Positions 23,781 through 37,179 of a stretch of 64,000 nucleotides of DNA are shown in pieces. The stretch's first letter is position 1; the number at the start of each line of letters is the position of its first letter. The notes beneath the pieces were generated by a model. It was not told the DNA's origin. It made no database searches and saw only the letters and a program-made list of their open reading frames with translations. Source of the stretch: Camelus dromedarius (taxonomy: Eukaryota); the NCBI RefSeq assembly GCF_036321535.1, contig NC_087472.1, positions 91,390,001-91,454,000 on the forward strand. The letters are read 5' to 3'. Both the position numbers and the translations under genes were made by a program.

Positions 23781-24195
23781 TGTGGTAAAGTTTTCAATTT
23801 GTCATAACTACTCATATCCATTTCCTTTTCCATATGACTTTTCAGTTATCCCCATGAGACGCAGAGCACTCTTTCTGGGTTTGGCCATGTAATCTGCCTT
23901 GGCTTATGAAGAAGTGACAATATGCCAGTTTTGAGCCAAATCCTTAAGAGACATCTGTGTTTCTACCCACCCTCTTGTGCTTCTGTGCCATGAGAAGGAG
24001 GAGATGAAGGCCACCTGGAGCTCACCTGAACCCAATCTGCAGTGTGGCACTCAGCCCACCAGAGGCCAACCCCGATCAGCTTGCGCGCAGCCGAACTGCA
24101 GAGGTGTGAGCAAGAAGAAACCACTGTTGTTTTCCGGCACTGAATTTCAGGGCGCTTTGTTATGCTGGATTTTGGTGGCAATATCGAACTGATAG
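23781..24195 (+). mobile_element. MaLR MLT1 solo LTR
   Basis: tgtggt...ttggccatgtaatctgccttggc...gcactgaattt...ggcaatatcgaactgataga. Confidence 0.6.
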
Positions 24196-25984
24196 AGTGG
24201 AGCTATTTAAAAATCTTACTAAGTCAACAGTACCCTTTAAAGAAACAAAGTCACATACAGTAAATTACTGGTTGCATTTTATCTACTAATAAATTCTTAC
24301 ATTGCAAAAAGCTAAAATAATAGGTATTCAACTACCACTCAGTTAGAAATCATGGGTCATTGCAACATCTGGGAGCTGAGCAGCAGCAGGAACTTTTAAC
24401 TTTGCAGTTGCCGTATTTCTAGGACTAAAGCCATTTGGTCTCACCTCTGGAGACCACTATTGCTCCTATCCTGCTACTCAAGATTGTTCCTAGGCACCTT
24501 CAGTACCAGTTGACTTGTCCTTTTTCCCCTTTATTATGCCAAGGTAGGAGTTGATGATTAAAGTGTTAAGGGTAGATGTAAACAAGATTTCTATTAGAGA
24601 TATTTGCACTTACTTAGTAGGGGGTTTCTCAAACATCCCAAGACTTTCAGTACTCAAAGGAGTTATGCTATAATAGTGGTCTGGCATGGAGTGTGGGTTA
24701 CTCTTTGGGATGGATAACCTTCTTTCCACGCAAGTCACAAAAATACAGATTGCTCCCATCCAGCCTGTATTTAACATTGGCCCAGCTGGTATGCAAGAAC
24801 CAGTAAGAGACTGTTTTTGTTTTAAATTTTGAACTCACCAAGGTGTGATATTTTTGTAAATCATAATAAAAACAAATTCCTAGATGTTGCAGCAATGTAA
24901 AATTGCTATAAAGGTTTTTATCGGCTTACTCTTCAGTTTTTGTAGTTAATCTTGTGAACAGGAAACAAAAAATTCACAGCCTGGGACCAGCCTGGGGTCC
25001 ATACTGTGAGGAGCACTGCAGTGGGAAATTATGGACAGGAGGGGATGTTAGACACAAGCTCTGTTAAACTGTTTCCTTGGCAATACCACAGCCATCTTGC
25101 TGTCTCAAACAAGCAGAAACTGGTAAGCATGAAGGTATCATTGTTTAGAGGGTATCACTATTCTGCATAATCATATTTGGTAATAAGAAATAATGAAATG
25201 ATACAATTAACATCACCTTCTGGCAACCAATATGATTATAATTTTTTCATATGGTAATACATGAGAAGAATTAATTGAGTAATGAAATATAAACTGAGGA
25301 TCTACTATGTGCAACACTGTGTCCTAAGAGCTAGGGATACATCACTGTATAAAACAGATGAGCCTTGGCCCTTACAAAGCTTAGGTTGTAATAGGAAGTC
25401 TCCAAGATATAGAATCAGTTTTGAATGGACCCTGCATTTTACCCTGCTGTTGTTAGCACAAATGTTTGATAAAGCTCATTGGCTTTATTAGAATTAATTC
25501 TTGTTTCTTTCTTTCATGACAATTTTTAAACTGCTTGGATGATTTATATTTATTTGCTGATCTGAGGGTGTATAATTCTGGAAAAGTCATTTGCCCTTCT
25601 CCAAGCAAATTTTAAAAAAAAAATTAAAGTTCCACTGTGAAGGCATCTCTGATCAATTCTTTCATTTGTATTAACACGACCATGTCCCCCAAGTAAACAT
25701 GAAGGACAGGAAGAGGAAAAAGACTACTGAGTTTCAGAAGTACATACTTGAAAATGAAAATTACAAAACAGGAAGTTTAGTTTACCATTTTCAACATGCA
25801 AACATTTACCACAATGATTATTCTTAAGTATCTACATCATGGATTCTGGAGAATAAATTTATGAAATGAATTATCCTGAAAGCTGTTAGTGGATAATAAA
25901 TTGCAATAGAAATGTAAATGACCTGCTTTAACCGTCAACAGCATGGCAAACACCTGCAAACTCCAGATTTGTCATTTACAAGCA

Positions 25985-26180
25985 AATTGGCGTGCTTGGG
26001 TATTAATGCTGTGTGACTTGGAACAAGTTACTCAAGTGCTCTGGGTATAAGTTTTCTTATCTGTAAAATGGTGCTTAAATAATACCTTCCACGTGGGTTG
26101 CTATGTGGATTACATGACTTTCTATGTAAAGTGCTTAGCATAGTGCCAGGTACAAATTAAATGCTCAATAAGTGTTAAGT
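25985..26180 (+). mobile_element. MIR
   Basis: gctgtgtgacttggaacaagttactcaa...ttttcttatctgtaaaatgg...tgtaaagtgcttagcatagtgccagg. Confidence 0.75.
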
Positions 26181-29000
26181 GATTGTGGAGGGGATTGAGG
26201 CTATTGTGTGGACCTAAATTTTTACATTTGATTTCTGAACAAATGTAAAAACAGCTATCAGAAATAAGTTCCTCTGCTGGTTGCTGGTACCAAGTGAACC
26301 AGGGTGACAATTTTTAGATTCCTAAGGGAATGTCTATTTGGGTTTCTTAATATAATTATTTCAACATAGAAGCATTTAAAAATTCTAATTTCAGCCTTCT
26401 ACCAAATATCAGTAACAATCTTTTCAGAAGTTAAAAAAATGAAGAGTGGGCTCAAAGCACACAATGGAAGATCAGCCAAGTTCCAAGAAGCATATTCTAA
26501 AGGTCATGAGTTATTGGTCAGAGAAAGTAGACTCCTTTGCTTATTTCAAGAGCGGAACGTTCTCTGAAGACATTTTCTCCTAACCTGTTCAGCTACTTCC
26601 TGCCCCTTTACTGCAACAATCTACCACTTCAAACACGGCTTAGTAGGGTCACCCTGGTACCCAAACCTGTCATCTGAAGAGCTCACATCCTAGAAGAGAC
26701 TGTTCCTTCTTGGCACTGACTAAAATAACTTGATGAGATTCTGCCTCTCTTTCAAAACGTCACAGTCAATCTTTACTTCTGTAGAGCTTGGAACTCTAAA
26801 AGCCCCACCTTCTGGAACCCTGCTCTGAACACAGAATTATACTTAAAAAATTTGCTACAGCTTCCACTAGCTACACATTTAGAAATAAAGCTATTACATC
26901 ATTCTTAGAAACAAATCTATCCTGGAGAATATCATAGCATGTAGAGTGTCAGTTACTTGATAGCAAGCATTATCAATTTCAAAATAAATGCACAAGCTTT
27001 TTTTTTAAACAGTAGGAAGTTTTACTGTTTCCTTTTTCCCCTTGAACTTTTATTCCACTTCTATCACACAGTTATTCTATATCTCTCCACTGCAAAAATA
27101 TGTATATAAATCAAAATTTATTTTTATAATTCCCATGATCTTTGGGTTAAAAAAATCTTTATTGGACTATCTGTTAGTTATTATCAGAACACAACCCAAA
27201 CACTAGAAATATAGTACACAATTTGATAAATAGTTATTAAATATTAAAAGTAAACATTTATTACAAGTGTACTTCTTCAACAAATGGCTAGGGATTTTTT
27301 TCTAATTCATTTATATTTCTGGATGAAAATGAATTCCACAAAGAGATAGAATTCAACATCAAGTCTATTCCCATTGTTTGCTCTTATAGATGTAAGTAAT
27401 GATAAACATTCATATAAACAAGTACATGGGAATAGAAGGAGTTTAAAGGTATAACACTCAATTCATTTAACTCCTTCTGAATTATGTGCCAAATATAAGG
27501 TAGTCATACATCATCAAAAATAAATTTTAATGATCTATTAGCTGACAACTCAGTTAGGTACTTTTATTTTGTTAAAAGCAAAACACTGGAATTCACCTGT
27601 CACACTAAAGGATTGGTTACCTAGTCATTAGATGCATTTACTTTCCCAAGAGCAATGCTAATATTTCTATATTTTTAATTATTCTTTTGCACCCCAGATA
27701 TTTTAATACTCTGGGGGAAATGTACAAAAGTCAAATTTAGAATGTGGGAGAACTAAAGTGACACAATTGCAATTCTGCAAAGTCAGCCTGAAAAGGGGTC
27801 CAGTATCATCAGTTTTAGGTAAGGGTGCATACGGAAGTTAGGATCTGGAAATTGACTTTCTTAAAGTTCCTGGCACCCACATACCCGTGGAAAGGCTCTA
27901 TGTATTTCTAGTATAACTGAAGATTGTTATGCAAACAAAATGGCAGGGACACCTCCCCCTTTAAAACTACACCTGTAATGTCTGAATTCTTGCTCACTAT
28001 ACAAAGTTCAGATGATAAAGATGCATGCAGAGTAAAAAGTAAAAATCTTCCTTCATCTTTCCTCAACCCTAATTCCCAGGCATTACCAGTTTTCAATGTA
28101 ACTTTACATTTTTGGTCATTTTCCTATGTACACAGGGGAGTGCTACATTTAACAGGGAGATCTTCTGCTGGTTCTGTTCAGTAGTCCCTAAGGATAAATG
28201 AAAAGATTTCCCTTCCATTCCCCTCTACTCCTGTAAGAGTCTATCTTTGGCTGATTGGCCTAGAAACAGACCTTGAAATGAAGATTCATGTGCAAGTGAT
28301 TTATTAAGGAACTGTTCCGGGGGAAACTGATAAGCTACTGAGGGAAGCAGGGCAGGGAAGGGTAAGAAACTAAGTATAATCTTTTTTTGTTTTTGTAAAC
28401 TGTCTCTTGGAGCTATTTTCACTCTATTACATATATGTCTATTGCACTCTTTTAAATAATTACAGTTTTCCAGTATTCCATGATATAGATGTGCCATCAC
28501 TTATTTAATCTTTATTGATGTTTCTAAGTAAGCAGGTTCCAAAATTTTCACTTTTGAAAGCAATTCACAAAAGATCTACACTTCTTTGGGCACATATAAG
28601 ATTATTCTGTAGGAAAAATTATTAACAATGGAATTTGCTGGGATCAATTTATTTAAAATCTTGATAAGTGCTACCAAATTGCCCCTTTAAAAGGCTGTAA
28701 CAACATCATTCCACTGACAACGTGTAAGAAAGTGCTCTTCCCCCACCCCCGATACCTTAGCAAATTCTAAAATGATTAGTATTTACAATATATTAGGGAA
28801 AGCAACTCTATAACAATAGTCAAAGTTACTTGTGAGGTTATCCTTTTCTTTGTATACTATCTGGCCATTTCGATTTCTTTTATAAGCCATCTGTTTATGT
28901 TCTTTGCTGATTGTTGTTTACATGTTTGTCATTTTCTTACAGTTTTTAGGACTTTTAAGATATTGTGGATGGCAATTCTTTGCCATTTAAAAAATATTTG

Positions 29001-29340
29001 GTACTACTCAGCCATAAAAAAGAATGAAATAATGCCATTTGCAGCAACATGCATGGACCTAGTGATTGTCATACTAAGTGAAGTAAATCAGACAAAGACA
29101 AATATCATATTGATATCACTTATCTGAGGAATCTAAAAAAAATGATACAAATGAACTTACTTACAAAACAGAAAGAGACTCACAGACACAGAAAACAAAC
29201 TTATGGTTACCAAAGGGGAAAGGTGGGAGGGATAAATTAGGAGTTTGGGATTAGCAGGTATAAACCACTATATAAAAAATAGATAAGTAACAAGGTTCTC
29301 CTGTATAGCACAAGGAACATAATAACGTATAATGAAAAAG

Positions 29341-29374
<34 letters not shown>

Positions 29375-29447
29375 ACTGAATCACTATGCTGCACACCAGA
29401 AACTAACACATTGTAAATTACCTACATACTTCAATTTTAAAAATTTT
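29001..29447 (+). mobile_element. 5'-truncated L1 3' end
   Basis: TSD aaaaatatttg at 28990-29000 and 29448-29458; encodes [16 protein letters not shown]. Confidence 0.9.
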
Positions 29448-29909
29448 AAAAATATTTGAAAATATTTCCCCTAGTCTTTTGTTTACCTTTTAAACTAGCT
29501 TATGCTCTCTTTTGTGATATGAAACTTTTCCAATCTTTATGTGGCAAGTTTCAGCAACCTTTTTTCGGTGGTTTCTGTGTTCATTGTATTATAGATTTAG
29601 GAAAGTCTTGTATTTCTAGATAGCTAATTTAAATCTTTTCTAAAAACAAGAATGGTTGTTGAATTTTACCACATTTTAAACATCTATTAAAGATGATTAT
29701 ATGCCTTTCCTACTTTTTTCTTTTAATGTACTATATTTCATTCTTACACTTTCTAATGTTGAATCATTTTTGTTCTTGGGGTAAACTTTGTAGATTCTAA
29801 ACATATTGCTCTTTTAATACATTGATTTGATAATAATACAGTTGATTTGATAATTTGTTTTATTTACATTTTTGCACCCCTATTGATATCAGTTCTCTCT
29901 CTTTCCCTC

Positions 29910-29940
<31 letters not shown>
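29910..29940. repeat. (TG)n microsatellite
   Basis: Read directly from sequence. Confidence 0.95.
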
Positions 29941-30573
29941 AGTATCTTGTCTGAATTTGATACCTAGCTTATATTAAGCTCTTAGAATGAGTTGGAAGCT
30001 TTCCATGCACTAAATATTATTACATTGCTTTGTTGAAGACATTCTTAACCTCTTCCTGAAAGCCATGTTGGTTATTATTTAGCTCACTTATAATAATATG
30101 GTTTAGAGTGTTTCTCAGTCTACAGCTGATTAACCAACTCCAAATTAAAGCATGAAGTGTAGTGAATGAAGACTGCTGAGTGAGGGCAAGGCAAGAGACA
30201 AACAGATAGAGAAATATTTGTAACAACAAGAAATGATCCTCGAATGTCATGATTTCTTGGACTTGCTAGAGGTATCCAAAAACAAAGAGAAAATCAGCAT
30301 TGACTCTTAGTCCTGGGCCATCAGGCATGAGTTAAGCACCCCAACCACTGCAATAATGCCTAATAGCAGTCTCATAACTGTATATTAATATTTTCAAATG
30401 TTTATCATTATGGATCTGAACCACAAGAGAACATTTACATTATATTCACTATGAAGAGAAGTACACAAAAATTTACTTCAAAATATTAAAAATTTAACAA
30501 AAGGTATGATGTTTGCAGAAGCTTGTTAATCTATCTGGTTTTTAAAATTTAAATTGCAATGCTACCTGTATCA

Positions 30574-30734
30574 GCAGCTCTCTCTTGAGCTTAGCTGCAC
30601 ATCAGAATTTATTTCAGAAATAGCCTTGCCTAGGTCTTACCCACTGAAATTCTTATCTAATGGGTAGTGGACATCAGTGTGTTTTAAAAGCTTCCTAGGT
30701 GATTCTCATATGGAGCCAAGGCCAGAAAACACTG
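30574..30734. mobile_element. hAT-Charlie MER5-like MITE
   Basis: gctgcacatcagaat...ttttaaaagcttcctaggtgattctcatatggagccaagg..gaaaacactg. Confidence 0.65.
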
Positions 30735-30747
30735 TCATTTGAATAGA

Positions 30748-30961
30748 CAAGTGGTTCTCAATCAGAGGTGGTTTTGCTCCTTCAGGGGACACTGACAATG
30801 TTTGGAGACACTTTTGATTATCACAGCTAAGGGGAGAGGGCTTCTGTTATTTAGTTGGGAGAGACTTGGGATGCTACTAAACCTACTACAATGTACAGGA
30901 CACTCCCCAACAATAATGATCTGGTCCAAAATATCAACAGTGTCAAAGTTGAAATATCCTG
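30748..30961 (+). mobile_element. hAT-Charlie MER20
   Basis: caagtggttctcaa...caggggacactgacaatgtttggagacacttttg...gggatgctactaaacctactacaatgtacaggaca...gttgaaatatcctg. Confidence 0.8.
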
Positions 30962-31148
30962 GCATTTCAAGAATGAGACCTGTCTCATTCTTGCTTTCCA
31001 TGTACAACCAATCACCAATCTTGCTGATTCCACTGACTAATCGCCACTCCAATCATACTACTGTTTTTCTAGCCCCACTGCCACCATCTTAGTTCAGATC
31101 AGCAGCCCCTCATGCTTTGATACCATAAGGGTCTTATCTCCCTCCTTC

Positions 31149-31692
31149 TGAGACAGAAGGAAAGGGGGCAGGGCACAACCACTGAAGGAATGACACAGCC
31201 ACTGAGGATGGGATAAACTGGTTAGAATCAAGAGGGTGGGAGTTTTGACCTTCAGTAGACCTTGAGCCTTATGGTGCACCCACAGGCGCCATGACAGTTC
31301 CTTTTATGGCTGACCATAAAAGGTCCAAGAGTGGGCGGGGGCTCAATTCCTGGAAACCCCTGCCCCTTCCCCAAAATAGTTGGAATAATCCTCGTATATA
31401 TTAGCATATTAAATTACCAAGCCCATAAAAACTAACAACCACGCACCTCATAGTCGCTCTCTCTCTTGCCTTCTGAGACGGCCCTCACTCTGTCTATGGA
31501 GTCCGTAACTACTTTTACTTTAAACTAAACACTCCCTCACATGCCTCATGGCCTCTCTCCCTCTCGCCTTTTGAGATGGCCCACATTCTAACTATGGAGT
31601 GTGTATCTCTCTAAATAAACTTCTTCTCACTTTACTATGCCTTGCTCTTGAATTCTTTCCTGCGCAATACAAGAACCTATTCTCTGGCAACA
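31149..31692 (+). mobile_element. ERV1-class solo LTR, MER41-like
   Basis: TG...CA ends; 4-bp TSD cttc (31145-31148 / 31693-31696); cacccacaggcgccatgacagtt and cttgaattctttcctgcgc motifs resemble MER41; TATA-like cataaaa ~31424; aataaa 31614-31619; lies inside an L2 relic. Confidence 0.8.
31347..31355. promoter_or_regulatory. GAS (STAT) motif TTCCTGGAA in the LTR, next to GC box gtgggcgggg (31331-31340)
   Basis: Exact TTCN3GAA match; function not demonstrated. Confidence 0.5.
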
Positions 31693-32424
31693 CTTCCAGT
31701 CTTCCTGTCCTACATTCATTCTCAACGTCATGGGCAGAGTGACCATTTTAAGACACAATCTTATCCTAATCCCTTCCTGAAGCACTTCAACGGCTCGGGG
31801 GTGCCCTCCGGGTGAAGCCCTAGCCCTTAACAGGGCACACAGAGCTGTATTGAGGTTGCCCCAGCTCACCTTTCGGAATCTTCTCTCTCACCATTTTTTT
31901 TCTAAAATGCTAAACTCAAAATACAACTAAACAGATCTGAATCCCTTCAAGGTCTTTTTCTACTCCTGAATAGTTATTCTTTCTGCTACTTGGAAAATCA
32001 CTATTTTCTTCAGCCTGGCTAAGCTGTTTCTCTTCTTTGGGTTTTGGTTTAGAGGCTACCTTCTGTGGAGAAGCCTGACTGAACTCCCAATTCTGGGATG
32101 AGTGGCCTTCCTAAATCTTTCTACAGCAGGTAGTTATCATTTCTGTCAGAAAAGTGATCGAGCTCCCTTACTAGACTGAAAACTCCATGAGTGTAGAAAT
32201 GGTTGACATTTTGATCATTCCTGTATCTTTCGAGCTTTGTACAATTCCTGGTTCATACTGAGTTTTCAACGTTTAAGTGTTAAATGTTTAACTGTTTATG
32301 TAATGAAGGAATAAATTATATACAATATTTGATTTCTTAACATTCTGAAAGAATGAAATATTATTCTACTCACATCTTTTTAAATTAGAAGAGTCTGCTT
32401 TCTTATAGGAGCATGGTGCTACTC

Positions 32425-33290
32425 AAGCTGTGGTATATTTATACAATGGAATACTAGTCAGCCATACAGAAGAGTAAAATAATGCCATTTGCAGCAACAT
32501 GGATGGACCTGGAGAATGTCATTGTAAGTGAAGCCAGAAAGAGAAAGAAAAATACCATATGATATCATTTACATGGGGAATGTAAAAAAAAAAAAAAAAA
32601 GACGAACTTATTTACAAAACAGAAACAGACTCACAGACATAGAAAACTAACTTATGGTTACCAGTGAGGGAAGTGGGGTAAGGGATAAACTGGGAGTTCA
32701 AGATTTGCAGATACTAACTAATAAATATAAAATAGGATAAACAACAAGTTTCTACTGTATAGCACAGGGAACTATATTCAATATCTTGTACTAACTTATG
32801 GTGAAAAAGTATATGAAAACGAATATATGTATGTTCATGTATGACTGAAGCATTGTGCTGTACACCAGAAATTGACACAGCATTGTAAACTGACTATATT
32901 TCAATAAAAAGAAAGAAAGAAAAATACCATATGATATCACTCATAAGTGGAATCCAAAAAAAAAAAAAAAAAAAAGAGGACACTAATGAACTTATCTACA
33001 AAACAGAAGCAGACTCACAGACGTAGTAAACAAACTTACGGTTCCTAGGGGGAAAAGGGGTAGGGAGGGATAAATTGGGAGTTCGACATTTGCAAATACT
33101 AGCTACTATATATAAAATAGATAAAAAACAAACTTCCTCTGTATAGCACAGGGAACTATATTCAATATCTTATGGTAACCTATAATCAAAAAGCATATGA
33201 AAATGAATATATGTATGTATATGTATGACTGAAACATTATGCTGTACACCAGGAATTGACACACTGTAACTGATTATACTTCAATTAAAA
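32425..33290 (+). mobile_element. Two L1 3' ends in tandem/nested arrangement
   Basis: Two complete 3' UTRs, each starting after agaaagaaaaataccatatgatatca (32542-32567 and 32914-32939). Confidence 0.9.
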
Positions 33291-35106
33291 GAAACAATTT
33301 CCTCATGAAAACAATTTCTCAATTTCCATTTAAAGCAAACATGTTTAAGGTAACAGAAAAGTCAATCAAATTTTCAAACTAGCAATTAACAAAAAGTGTT
33401 CATTGTGAACCCACTCTGAATAAGCTCTTCACTATGTTAGGTATTTCAGAAGAATATCTGAAGTACACTTTTTGCCTGTAGTAAAGTCATTTCAGAACAC
33501 TTGGCACATAATAGGTGCTCACTAAAGGTTTGCCGAAGACCAGTCAGAATGAGTAAACTGTATGAAATGAATTAATTTTCATATACAAGTTTTGAATTTA
33601 AACACATATTTTCAGAAATGTTTCACATGTGAATTCTTTTGGTGGTGTTTTATTTTGTAAATGAATATAAACATGCTATCAACAGCATTCTTTGTCTTAA
33701 GTTACTTATGAGATATCAGAATCCAGTGAAACACATTGGCAATAAAGATTCAGATTTTAATTGAGACAGTTAACTTTGAAACTTTGGACTTCTTGGAGGG
33801 CGGCCTTGACTACATAGTAATTTGGAAAGCTACTGCAATATAGACTACTTCATATTTGCCCCTAAACTTACCTAGCTACAGCAGATATATTTTAATGTAC
33901 CTTAAACTATGTTTCTATACCTATTATTACAAGCATAAGATCACAAAGTAAATTTTCTGTTAGCTGTTGACAAGCAAAATTTTATTTGTATGTATCTATT
34001 TTCCTATTTCTATTTTTCTAGAAGTGATTAATTAGTGCTCCAGCTATAAAGCTTCTATTTTCCTTGTCAATGACAATCTCAAGGCCTCTGAGCTGCCTCT
34101 TGCTTGACCTTGGTTTAAAAGCACAAAGAATAGCAACCTTGAAACTGGCATCAACAAGATTCATTCTACAGAAACCAGATGCAGCACAATAGGGAAAAGC
34201 CACACATTTAATTTTAAGGTTTTACAGAAATTGCTCTCAATATTTCTTCTCCTTAAAGACTTTAAAGTGCAAACGTCCTTCATTTCACAAAAGGAAACGT
34301 TGCCATTCTGCCACTTAATACTGGCCAAAGGGGTCATTTGGAGATCCTTCTGCATTCTTCCCTTTGAGGGACACGTGGCAGCAGGGTCCACATAACCCTG
34401 GGAGAATAACACAGCCGGATGCGATGTTTAGTGGTGAAGCTTTCATTGAGCAGAGCCTGACTATTAAAGCATGCTGAAAAGCATTTCATTAACATTTGAA
34501 CAAGAAGGTTATGAAGCTGTAACAGAATCATGCAGTTCAAATGGACATGCATATATTCTTCTCTATTTGAGGGGACTTGTTTTCCATTGTCTTACGCCAG
34601 TGTTCATTTGAAGGCACGGTGCCATGGCTGTCCTTTGCCTACAGAATTAAATGACTCACTGTTCCTCTGTTCTGAGGTGAGAATTCTCGTATTAATGATG
34701 GAAGTTGTCTAGTGGAGTAGGGTGGAAGCGGCAGTGGATGAAGACTGACTTGGAAACTTGCCTCTGGTTGTTAACCTGTTTTTTTCCACATCATTATCAC
34801 CTAATTAATTTCCTAAAATTAAATCACACTTTATTAAATTATCATTTGATTATCATTTTAAGATATGCTGCAAGTATTTTAAAAATGAAACTAAAAGGTC
34901 TTCTTATCAAATACATGAATATAGAAATTGTCCACCCTCTCGTACATTCTCATAGTTTCCCTACAGGTAAATAAAATTATTCATATTTAGATAGCCACAC
35001 CAGGAAGAGTTCCATTAAAAACATGGAGAACATGTGCAAAAGGGTTTAAATTGCTGAATATTAATTTCAAAAATGAAAGAAGTACAGTCTTTATTTTCCC
35101 TTAGTG

Positions 35107-35325
35107 CAATGGTATCCTGGTAAATGTTTAACAATTGGCTCCCTGGAGAAGAAAAAAATCCCGGATTTGTAGTGTTTGCAGAATTCTGCAGTATAAATAT
35201 TCCCACCATGGCCTATTCCAAGCTATTAGTGAGATGTCACTAAAGGCTAGGTTTTGGAACAGCTGGGAAAACACGTGTGCAGTGGGATCTCCCACGTGGG
35301 TGCTGGCAGCTCCAGCGCTCGGCTG
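35107..35325. mobile_element. hAT-Blackjack MER63-like MITE
   Basis: ctggtaaatgtttaacaattggctc...gatttgtagtgtttgc...taaatattcccaccatggcctattccaagcta...gctccagcgc. Confidence 0.75.
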
Positions 35326-35761
35326 TCTTAATGTCTTGAATCTGTCTCTTCCCTTCCACTTCAACACACAGTTCAGACCTTTATCACTGCTTGCCTACAA
35401 CATTATTAGAATGTCATCATCTTTTTGCCCCTTCCACTTCTCTGCACTCACTCACTGCTTTTATCAGTCAATTAATAAAAATCACACTGAGCCTCTATGA
35501 GCAATTCCCAGGGATAAGCACTTTGGATACACTGAAACATAATTCATGGTCACTGCCCCTACACTAGTTATAAGCTAGCTAGTGATGCAAAACACACGCA
35601 TTCCGGAAATTCAAAGTTGCATGAGACAAATATCTAAGGCATAGTTCCAATACAAATTGCTCTAGGATTTCAGAGGAAGAAAGTGTGAAGTTGGTATGCT
35701 AATAGTTGGGAAAAAAAAGACACGGAGATGTTTTTCGACATAGAGGTCCAGAGAATATTTC

Positions 35762-36300
35762 TGTTTTGAATGTCAGCTTCTGATCCACTTCCTGCTTTTG
35801 AAGACTTTTCTGCTATACAAGTGGGAATCAGAGCTTATCTCCCCGTTTAACACTGAAAATGCTAAATACTTGATTTCCCAGCATTCTCTGTAGCTAGGAT
35901 ATGGAGAGGTGATGGCTGCTCAACCAATTAGGTACCCCTATCCCAAAGCCCAGAGGAGGTACAGGACAGCAAGCATTACTTAGACTGTATCTTGTAGATG
36001 AGCAGCAGCAGAAGCAGCATCGCAGCAGCAGCCTTGTTGAGGAGCCACAGAGACAGTGAAGCTGATGGTGAGGCTTGAGGCCTATGTCCCAGTGTGCTGC
36101 AGTGCCGATGGTGTGAATTCTGAACCCATTTTTTAACAGGACACGTATTGCTCTTGCTAGACTTTAGGGAAATGATGTGACTGTGGCCGTGGCTCCCACA
36201 TAGTCTCCATTTTCCTATCCAGGTTTACTCAAATCCATTGTTATTCTATTATGCTAAGAGCTAGTCTCTGTTGCTTACAGCTAAGGAATTCTGACTGACG
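35762..36300 (+). mobile_element. Old ERVL-type solo LTR
   Basis: ttcccagcattctctgtagctagg...; ends tagtctctgttgcttacagctaaggaattctgactga. Confidence 0.45.
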
Positions 36301-37179
36301 ATTAGGAGCAGGAAGGCTGTGCTGGCAAAATGAGCAAAGATGTAGAGTCAGGAGTCACATGACCTAATTGCTCCAAATACCTCAATAGTTAAACAGGTGC
36401 TGAAGGATAAATTCTAAGTTCTGTGGTTGACCCTTCTGGTACCCTTTCAACTACTCAGTTGATCTTAAACACACTGTGAATTCTACTATGGCTATCCCAT
36501 TTCCCTACTCTGCTCATTCAGTTCCACCTTCTGGAAGGCTCCCTTGTCCCCACTGAGCCTAATTAAATCTTATCTATTTTAAAGGCCTAACTGAAATGCT
36601 GTTTTATTTGTCAAATCTTCCTAGGCTACCTTGACCCATTAAAATCTCTCCCTTCTCTGTACATTCCCAGAGCACTTAGTGGCATTACCAAGGATTTAGA
36701 ATGAATACTCTGATGCTTTGCACAATAATTTGATTTATCATTAGCAAATATTCACTCCTCACCTCTCCAACTTTGGGTAGAGGATGCTTCCTTCCCCAAG
36801 GATGCTGTTCTTGGCCATGTTACTTGCCTTGGCCAACAGAATTTAAGCAGAAGCCTAAGTGTGCCCTGGTGGTCTGGCTTGCCTGTTGTGCACCAGGGAT
36901 TCACCATGAGGAGGTCGTGCCTTTGCTAGCTGCTGGGAGGGCAGATCTGAATCAAGTTTGGAACGCATCCTGAATCTGACCAGCAGAATAACATGCCTTT
37001 AAATGAAAAAAAAAAATGCCTGCTGGTTTATCTCTCTGAGATTGTGAGCTTATTATGTAGCCTTATTGCAGCAATTGCTGATATACTATCTTTCACTTCT
37101 ATATTTTCAGTGTCTGTGCCTTCTTGTTCTAACTAGACTATATACATTCTTGACAGCATCAGTCACGCTTTATCTTCTT

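Larger units (their letters stand above)
28380..30050 (-). mobile_element. Old, highly diverged L1 (L1ME-type) interrupted by a younger L1
   Basis: Degenerate antisense ORF2/3' motifs (tggaatttgctggg; gctaccaaattgccc; aagaatggttgttgaatttt). Confidence 0.55.

Noticed and set aside
34018..34974. Cluster of overlapping 60-90 aa ORFs as a gene
   Set aside because: No recognisable protein and no consistent splice-site pairs; ORFs on both strands look random.
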